Shown here in pieces: positions 57,780 to 64,000 of a stretch of 64,000 nt of DNA. The stretch spans positions 8,852 to 72,851 of the forward strand of contig JAHIYU010000075.1 in the NCBI GenBank assembly GCA_018814885.1, in the 5' to 3' direction. This DNA is from a bacterium (GTDB lineage: Bacteria; Krumholzibacteriota; Krumholzibacteriia; LZORAL124-64-63). The translations under genes were made by a program, and so were the position numbers. Below the pieces are notes generated by a model. The model had not been told where the DNA came from. It ran no database searches and saw nothing but the letters and a program-made list of their open reading frames with translations. Each line of letters begins with the position of its first letter. Positions within the stretch are counted from its first letter, which is position 1.

Positions 57780-59402
57780 CTATTGGAAGCGTGGATAGAC
57801 CCAGAGCAGCCCCACGGCTGCCAGGATCAGGATGACGATCACGATTATGAACCACAGCAGTACGCGCCTGCGCCGGAGATTGTCGAAGGGACCGTCGTCG
57901 ACGACCGGCAGGGCGCCGATCACCTTCAGCTTCAGGGTCGACTCTATCTGCTGCACCGACTTGAATGACCGGTCGAGCATCTCGGCCAGCAGGACGAGCC
58001 CCACGCCGATGGCCAATGCGAGTGCGATGCCCATCATGGCGAGCTTCTTCTTGTCCGGCTCGATGGGACCGAACGGCATGCGGGGTTCCCGTCGCACCTC
58101 GATGCGGTAGCCGATCTCGGACATGCTGGCGGCCAGGCTGAGATTCTCCCGGGTGATGTCCTGTTCGATGTTGTGAAGCATGCTCTGGGCCGATTCGACT
58201 TCGCTCTGCAGGCGGCTGAGATTTGCGGCTTGTTCGGGTTGGCGGGTCAAGAAGTTCCGATATTCCTCCACCTGTTCGCTGAATCGCGCGGCGACCCTGT
58301 CCAGCACATCGCGGTAGTTGAGGGTGTAGAGGTACATGGTGACCGTGCGTCGTTCGGCCCCGCCGAGTTGGGGGTATTCCTCGGCTATCCGGCGGCTCAG
58401 TTGCGAATCCAGGGACAGACGCATGGTCCCCAGCAGGTTCTGAGTATCCCGGCCCTGCCGCGCGGTAAGGGCCGTGACGATCTGGTTGTACTCGAGATCC
58501 GCGAGGTCGCGCATGATGGCCAGCACATCGGCTTCCCGGCCCACCAACGGCTCCAGCTGGCCTACCGCCGGCAGGACAGCCCGAGCCGCCTCGCGGCTCT
58601 GGGTGATGTCGGTGAACTCCAGTTCCTCGATGCGGTGGCGAAAATCGGAGAGCAGTCCCTCGGCCTGGGCCAGGTTCTGCTCGTTGACCGGATTGCCGAC
58701 GAGAGAGGTAGAGAGCATCGAGCGCTGGAACGCGGTGAGACGCTCCTGGGCGTTCTCGAGCGCGTCAATGTAGATCTGGCGCTGCTCGTTCAGGAAGTCC
58801 CGCGTAGTGGTAGTGACTTCGAGGCGCCCGGCCTGCTCCTCCTCCAGAAAACGGTCGAGGATCTCGCGCGCCAGCCTGAAGGCCAGCTCCGGCCTTTCGT
58901 GGCGCACGCCGATGGTGAAGATCTGGGATTCCTGGTTTCCGACCCGGATGCTCTTCTCGAGGGTGGAGACCATCCGGTCCATCAACACGCCCTCGACGGG
59001 CTTTCCGGCATTCGTGACCTGGCCCGCCTCCACGAGGCCGGGCAACATGTCCAGGACCGTGAGATCGAGCTCGGTCACGACGCGCTGCAGGAAGATCGGG
59101 CTGGTGACGATAGTGCGGATCAGGGTCATGGTCTCGCGATCGGCGTCGCGCGAACTCCGGTATCGCGGCATGCCCTCGGTGAGCGTCCGCGCCGCGGTCG
59201 CTTCCTGGATCACACGCACTTGCCCGGCGGAGAAATAGATGGGTCGCATGGTCTTGATGGCCACGTAGGCCATCCCCAGACAAAGCACGAAAGGGATTAG
59301 AAAGAGCCACTTGCGGCGCATGAACGTGCGCAGCAGGTCGGCGGGGTTGAAACCTGCACCCTGCTGCTGCTCGTCGTCGTCGTACTGATCCATGATCATC
59401 AT
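57780..59402 (-). CDS. polysaccharide co-polymerase / chain-length determinant (Wzz/CpsC-like PCP)
   Basis: N-terminal TM helix, a long coiled-coil periplasmic domain, and C-terminal TM helices; the first ATG follows a TTG and is preceded by GAGG. Confidence 0.7.
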   Translation of the reverse strand: MMIMDQYDDDEQQQGAGFNPADLLRTFMRRKWLFLIPFVLCLGMAYVAIKTMRPIYFSAGQVRVIQEATAARTLTEGMPRYRSSRDADRETMTLIRTIVTSPIFLQRVVTELDLTVLDMLPGLVEAGQVTNAGKPVEGVLMDRMVSTLEKSIRVGNQESQIFTIGVRHERPELAFRLAREILDRFLEEEQAGRLEVTTTTRDFLNEQRQIYIDALENAQERLTAFQRSMLSTSLVGNPVNEQNLAQAEGLLSDFRHRIEELEFTDITQSREAARAVLPAVGQLEPLVGREADVLAIMRDLADLEYNQIVTALTARQGRDTQNLLGTMRLSLDSQLSRRIAEEYPQLGGAERRTVTMYLYTLNYRDVLDRVAARFSEQVEEYRNFLTRQPEQAANLSRLQSEVESAQSMLHNIEQDITRENLSLAASMSEIGYRIEVRREPRMPFGPIEPDKKKLAMMGIALALAIGVGLVLLAEMLDRSFKSVQQIESTLKLKVIGALPVVDDGPFDNLRRRRVLLWFIIVIVILILAAVGLLWVYPRFQ

Positions 59403-59580
59403 CAAGCCTCGATCTTGCTGGTGGCCTCGCCGCTGGGGCGGAGGGATCGCGAAAGCCAGCCCAAGTTAGCGCAACTCGTCCCCCAGTTCAATCTCGCATC
59501 AAGCCGCTGTGTTAACCCGCGGAGACGTGCAGCTCGAAGGCGACACCGCACAGCGACGGAGCAATGGGCAAGGAACTTCG

Positions 59581-60588
59581 ATGTCCTCACAGCCACGGGA
59601 TCCCGGCGATGTGAGCCGGAAGCTGATGCTGGGACTCTGCGCTCTCCTGACGCAGATTTCCTGCACGGCCGGCCCCGGCCGCACAACCGATCCGGCGGGC
59701 GGCGAACCGCCCCCGATCACCGTCGCCGGAACCTATCCGGTCGAGCTGGCGACTTTCATGGACGTCGGCACCGGCACGTTCACCTGGCGCTGGAGCCCAC
59801 CGGACTCGCGATCGTCGCAGCCTGCCACCCTGATCACGGACGGCCGGCACTGGTCGTGGCGGCTCGTTGCCGACGCCGTGGACGCGGGACTGCCTGAGCG
59901 CATATGTCTGGCGCCTGATGAACCGGATATCTGGCACAGCTTCGAGACCCGCACCGATACACTCGCACCCGGCGCCTGGTTTCCACTGCTGCGCCTGACC
60001 GTGCGCTCGCCATATTACCACGATCTTCTCGCCCTGCTCCAGGAGCTGATCGCACCGCGCTTCGACCAGCGGGTATGTCACTGGTACAGGCGACCGGTCC
60101 CCGTCGGCGCGGATCCGGCCGTGAGCGGCAGCGTCGACCTCGCCGCCTGCTTCCATGACGCCGTGGCCATCTGGAACGCCGGCGCCGAGACGGCGCTTTT
60201 CGCTTGGATACCGGACACGGCCCTTGGCACGAGGCTGCTGCACCTGCCTGGTCAGAATCTGCGACCGCCGATGAGCGCGTCCCTGGTCCAGCGCGATGAA
60301 CAGGGTCGGGCGCTGCGCCTCCAGATCCGGGTCGGCGACACCTATGACGACCCCGTCGACGAACTCTATGCGCGGCGCGGCTTCGTCCACGAACTCGCTC
60401 ATGCCCTTTTGTTGTGGGGGCACAGCCTCGACCGGGAGCATATCCTCTGGCGTTGCGGGCCCATCGTGGACCGGCCTTCCGACGACGAACGGCGGGCTGT
60501 CAGGCTCTTGCAGGTCCTGCCCGACGGGATGGATATCAGCGGCTACGGGCGGTCAACGGAACTCGATTCCCCAGGGCAAGAGCGCTAG
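59581..60588 (+). CDS. hypothetical lipoprotein with HExxH zinc-metallopeptidase-like motif
   Basis: Lipobox LTQISCTAG and the motif HELAHALLLWGHS. Confidence 0.5.
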   Translation: MSSQPRDPGDVSRKLMLGLCALLTQISCTAGPGRTTDPAGGEPPPITVAGTYPVELATFMDVGTGTFTWRWSPPDSRSSQPATLITDGRHWSWRLVADAVDAGLPERICLAPDEPDIWHSFETRTDTLAPGAWFPLLRLTVRSPYYHDLLALLQELIAPRFDQRVCHWYRRPVPVGADPAVSGSVDLAACFHDAVAIWNAGAETALFAWIPDTALGTRLLHLPGQNLRPPMSASLVQRDEQGRALRLQIRVGDTYDDPVDELYARRGFVHELAHALLLWGHSLDREHILWRCGPIVDRPSDDERRAVRLLQVLPDGMDISGYGRSTELDSPGQER

Positions 60589-62265
60589 GGGACGCCCATC
60601 ACAGAGTTCGACCTGACGCAGCAGACCCGCACCGGCCATGGTCCGCAACCCTGGCGCGAGGGACGCTGAGGCGCCGCTCTCGTGGAGCGAGCGAATGAGC
60701 AATCGTTCCAGCAGCCCGGGTCGACGCTCGCTTGTCACCAGCAACAGGGGCGAGTCCAGCGCCACGTCCAGCATGCGGCGCACCGCGTCCAAGGCCCGGT
60801 CGAGTCCGCCTAGATCGTCCACCAGGCCCGCCGCCAGCGCCTGCCGTCCCGTCCAGACGCGTCCCTGCGCGACCTCGTGCACCTGATCGCCGGACATGCC
60901 CCGGCCCTGTGCCACGCGGTCCAGGAAACGCCCGTAGAAGGCATCAAGATGCGCCTGCAGCAGGCTCCGCTGGGCAGAGGTGAAAGTTTCTTGGTCGCCG
61001 AAGATCAGGGCATTCTCACCGCGATGAACATACTCGCGCTGGACGCCGATCTTCTCGAAGAAGCCGTGCCGATCGATCTTGCCCGCAAAAACACCGATCG
61101 AGCCGGTCAGGGTGCCAGGCTCGGCGAAGATGGAATCCGCACCGCAGGACACGTAATAACCACCCGAAGCAGCGTAACCCGACATCGAAGCCACGACCGG
61201 CTTGTACGCCCTCGCCGCGACGACCTCGTGCCAGATCACGTCGCTGGCGCTGGCGGAACCGCCAGGGCTGTCCACGCGCAGCACGATCGCATCGACACGA
61301 TCGTCGCGCGCCGCTTCCCGGAGCCGTTCCGCCACGGTTTCGCTGCCCGCGGCCGGCCCCTGCCAGCCGTCTCTGGAATCGCCGTCGACAATGGTGCCCG
61401 CGACGTGCACGAGGGCGACACGCGGCCCCTTGCGGCCGCCGCCCCCCGCGTACACATAATCGGCCAAATCCGAGGTGCGCGTATCCCGGAACATGCTCTC
61501 CCTGAAATCCTGGAAGTAGAGGAGCGTGTCCGCCAGGCCTGCGGCTACCGCTCCGGCGCCGTCCCACAAGCCCTTGTCCACCGCCGCCGCCGCTGCTTCG
61601 AGAGACAGGCCGCGTCCGGACCGGATCATGTCCAGGAAACGCCGGAAGTGGTCGTCGACGATCGCCTCGATCATCTCCCGGTGCGCCGCCGAAGCCGAAG
61701 AGCGCGTCAACATCTCGGGCGCCGATTTGTAGCGCCCCACGTGCACGAAATCCGCCTCCATGCCCAGCTTGCCCAGGGTGCCGGCCAGGAAGATCATCTC
61801 GGCGCTCGCGCCGGTGATCATCAGCACGCCTTCCGGCGGCAGGGCCACCGTGCCGGCAGCCAACGCCAGGGCGTATTCGCGCGGTCCTCCCACGGTGAGC
61901 CAGGCCGCGACAGGCTTGCCGCTGGCGGCGAAACGCTCCACCGAAGCCCGCAACTCCTCCAGCTTGGCCCAGTCCATGGGCGCAGCCTCGATCTGCAGGA
62001 TCAGCCCGGTGATGCCATCGTCCCGCGCGGCCCGGCGCAAGGCCGCGGTCATCTCGCTCATGACCGGACGATAGCCCGACGAGATCAGCCCCACCGTGCT
62101 CTGGTCCCGCTTCTCGGCATAGGCTCCCTCGATCTTCCAGTGCAGGACGCCATGGGTGGGCCCGCCGACATCGCCTTCCAGCTGCCTCACCAGGAGCCAG
62201 CCCGCGAGCAGCGCGCCGGCCGCCAGCATCGAGACGATCAGGATGACGATCCAGAACTTCTTCAT
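60553..62265 (-). CDS. sppA: signal peptide peptidase SppA (protease IV, 67K type)
   Basis: Two ClpP/crotonase-like domains, with Ser/Lys dyad regions SMSGYAASGGYY and a lysine-containing segment. The ATG at 62265 is preceded by GGAGGAGAGG and overlaps the upstream stop (ATGA). Confidence 0.85.
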   Translation of the reverse strand: MKKFWIVILIVSMLAAGALLAGWLLVRQLEGDVGGPTHGVLHWKIEGAYAEKRDQSTVGLISSGYRPVMSEMTAALRRAARDDGITGLILQIEAAPMDWAKLEELRASVERFAASGKPVAAWLTVGGPREYALALAAGTVALPPEGVLMITGASAEMIFLAGTLGKLGMEADFVHVGRYKSAPEMLTRSSASAAHREMIEAIVDDHFRRFLDMIRSGRGLSLEAAAAAVDKGLWDGAGAVAAGLADTLLYFQDFRESMFRDTRTSDLADYVYAGGGGRKGPRVALVHVAGTIVDGDSRDGWQGPAAGSETVAERLREAARDDRVDAIVLRVDSPGGSASASDVIWHEVVAARAYKPVVASMSGYAASGGYYVSCGADSIFAEPGTLTGSIGVFAGKIDRHGFFEKIGVQREYVHRGENALIFGDQETFTSAQRSLLQAHLDAFYGRFLDRVAQGRGMSGDQVHEVAQGRVWTGRQALAAGLVDDLGGLDRALDAVRRMLDVALDSPLLLVTSERRPGLLERLLIRSLHESGASASLAPGLRTMAGAGLLRQVELCDGRPLALLPWGIEFR

Positions 62266-64000
62266 GACCTCTCCTCCATGATTACCGGCGCTGCGGCGTC
62301 CCGCATCTCGAGGCAGCGGGCGACGAATCCGGCCAGGGCACGAGCCGCCCGGTCGATCTTGCGGAAGACCGGTATGCCGGCCGCTTCGATCATGGTAGCC
62401 ATGGGATCGTACATTCCACCCGAATCCACGACGACCACGGCGGGCTTGTCCGACCGCGTCAGGATGCGGATGAATTCCCGCGGCTGGGAAGCCGGCCCTT
62501 CGAGGTTTTCGCCGTGGGCCCCGGCGGGATCGGCGGGAAGATTGTCGAGAGCCGGCGTGACCGGCACCGAGGAGATGATGGCACAGTCGATGGCGGCGCA
62601 GGACACGATCGCCTCCATCGCGAGGACGTAGGACGCGGTATCGGCCATGGGTGTGGCATCGACGGGATTGTCGCGGTGGGCGAACGCCGGCAGGGCCTCG
62701 TCCAGAACCGCTTTCACCTGGGGCGTGAAGGGCCGGAGCGTGAAACCGTCCACGATGTCCATCACCACCGAGCATTCGAATCCTGCGTTGCTCATGACGC
62801 CGAGGCGATTGCCACGCGCGCGCCGGGACATGAGCATGGTGAAGGTCTTTACGAGATCCTCGAAGTCCTCCAGGGTCTCGGCCACCAGCACCCCCGCCTC
62901 CTCCAGGCAGGCGCGGGTGACGTCGTAGTCGCCGGCCAGGGAGGCCGTGTGACTGGCCGCCGCCTGCGCGCCCAGCGGGGTCTTGCCCGCCTTGAACACG
63001 ATGACCTGCTTCCCTTTAGCGGCTGCTTCGCGCGCGAACGCCGCGAACCTGGCGCCATCGCCCGGCTGGAATCCCTCCACGTAACAGCCGATCACGTCGA
63101 CCGCATCCACCCGGAGGAAGTGGGCGAGGAAATCCGCAACCGTCAGATCCATCTGGTTGCCGAAGCTGATGCTGGCCCGGGGGTTGATAACACCGTCGTA
63201 ATTGCTGGCAAATGCCACGAGATAGGCGCCCGACTGGCTGACCAGAGCCAGATTGCCTCCGGCTGCGGCGTCGGCGAAGGGCAGCTTGTAGGGCGGCAGG
63301 AAGAAGGTGTTGTACTCGTCGCGGCTGACGATACCCAGACAGTTGCCGCCCACCATGACCGGCCCGCCGTCCCCACGGGCGTGCCCCGCGGCAAGGCTCG
63401 CCTCGATGTCGCGGGCGAGCTCCGGATTGCCTGACTCGGCGAATCCGCCCGGGATCAGGATCACGGTCGAGGCGGCGTCCCGCTCCACCAGCTCGGCGAT
63501 CGCGTCCCGCGCGCCCGCGGCAGGGATACAGACCACCGCCAGATCCACCCTGGCGGGCAGTTCGGAAATGCTCCGCACGCACGCGACGCCGTCGATGCTC
63601 TCGCGCTCGGGATGCACGACATGGAGCTTCTCCGCGGCCACGCCCCGCGAGTGCTGCAGATTGCGCATGATGATGCGGCCGGGGTTCGCGCTGCGCGCGC
63701 TCACGCCCAGAACGGCGGCGCTGCGCGGGTGCAACAGCTTTTCGATCAGGACCAGGGGGCGGTCCGGCTTCGGCCATTTCCGCCTGGACACCAGCCCGAC
63801 GCCGTCTATGGCGACGAGCTCGCCATCCCGGGCCACAGCCGGGTTTATCTCGAGCTCCTCGATGGTGAACTCACCATCCTCACCGGGACCGTAGGCCGCG
63901 GCGAGTTCCGCGAGATCCATCACCCGGTCCGCGAGGATGTCCGCGGACAGCGGCGGTTCCGGATACAGACGGGACGGTCGGCACAGCAGGGAGAGGAGAG
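62262..64000 (-). CDS. ADP-forming acyl-CoA synthetase-like protein (CoA-binding + ligase-CoA domains; ATP-grasp part probably encoded beyond window end)
   Basis: CoA-binding Rossmann region (AVLGVSARSANPGRI) and a succinyl-CoA-synthetase-like alpha domain. The frame stays open from 63923 to 64000, and the N-terminal EINPAVARDGELVAIDGVGL resembles the end of an ATP-grasp beta domain. Confidence 0.6.
   Translation of the reverse strand, partial: LLSLLCRPSRLYPEPPLSADILADRVMDLAELAAAYGPGEDGEFTIEELEINPAVARDGELVAIDGVGLVSRRKWPKPDRPLVLIEKLLHPRSAAVLGVSARSANPGRIIMRNLQHSRGVAAEKLHVVHPERESIDGVACVRSISELPARVDLAVVCIPAAGARDAIAELVERDAASTVILIPGGFAESGNPELARDIEASLAAGHARGDGGPVMVGGNCLGIVSRDEYNTFFLPPYKLPFADAAAGGNLALVSQSGAYLVAFASNYDGVINPRASISFGNQMDLTVADFLAHFLRVDAVDVIGCYVEGFQPGDGARFAAFAREAAAKGKQVIVFKAGKTPLGAQAAASHTASLAGDYDVTRACLEEAGVLVAETLEDFEDLVKTFTMLMSRRARGNRLGVMSNAGFECSVVMDIVDGFTLRPFTPQVKAVLDEALPAFAHRDNPVDATPMADTASYVLAMEAIVSCAAIDCAIISSVPVTPALDNLPADPAGAHGENLEGPASQPREFIRILTRSDKPAVVVVDSGGMYDPMATMIEAAGIPVFRKIDRAARALAGFVARCLEMRDAAAPVIMEERS

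Overview
This is a high-GC (about 68-70%) bacterial chromosomal window that is almost entirely coding, mostly on the minus strand, with many 1-4 nt start/stop overlaps. I saw no rRNA, tRNA, CRISPR array, transposase or integrase. Features in order through the window follow.

(1) An LPS-core-type locus directly downstream of hsp20-lon: a partial ArnT/PMT-like GT-C glycosyltransferase, a DUF3108-like secreted protein, and four tandem GT9 heptosyltransferase-like paralogs, one fused to a GmhB heptose-1,7-bisphosphate phosphatase domain.
(2) A PfkB sugar kinase, a HIT protein, and a lysine-rich histone-H1-like protein with a near-consensus sigma-70 promoter.
(3) A family-5 ABC solute-binding lipoprotein.
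(4) A 1623-aa gingipain-like C25 peptidase with FG-GAP repeats and a T9SS-type C-terminal sorting domain. It lies immediately downstream of a compact glycan-assembly cluster: a small tail-anchored protein, an O-antigen-ligase/PglL-like protein, a GT4, a WecA-like transferase, a SAM methyltransferase and a 448-aa membrane protein.
(5) glnA divergent from a PIN-PhoH (PhoH2) gene across a strikingly AT-rich 230-bp spacer.
(6) A DUF62 (SAM hydroxide adenosyltransferase) gene coupled to nhaC-like.
(7) An inositol monophosphatase and an Nfu protein.
(8) A GT-C-like polytopic membrane protein coupled to an LtaS/EptA-like sulfatase-fold enzyme.
(9) A glutaryl-CoA dehydrogenase.
(10) A complete 13-gene nuoA-N operon with fused nuoCD and a short nuoG.
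(11) A class-IV aminotransferase.
(12) A low-GC NYN/LabA nuclease-like gene.
(13) A bifunctional ftcD.
(14) An MFS transporter with a clear intrinsic terminator.
(15) A split BY-kinase/PCP pair.
(16) An HExxH lipoprotein.
(17) sppA, coupled to a partial ADP-forming acyl-CoA synthetase-like gene.

Coordinates derived from the ORF track are exact. Motif coordinates read directly from the sequence may be off by 1-2 nt.
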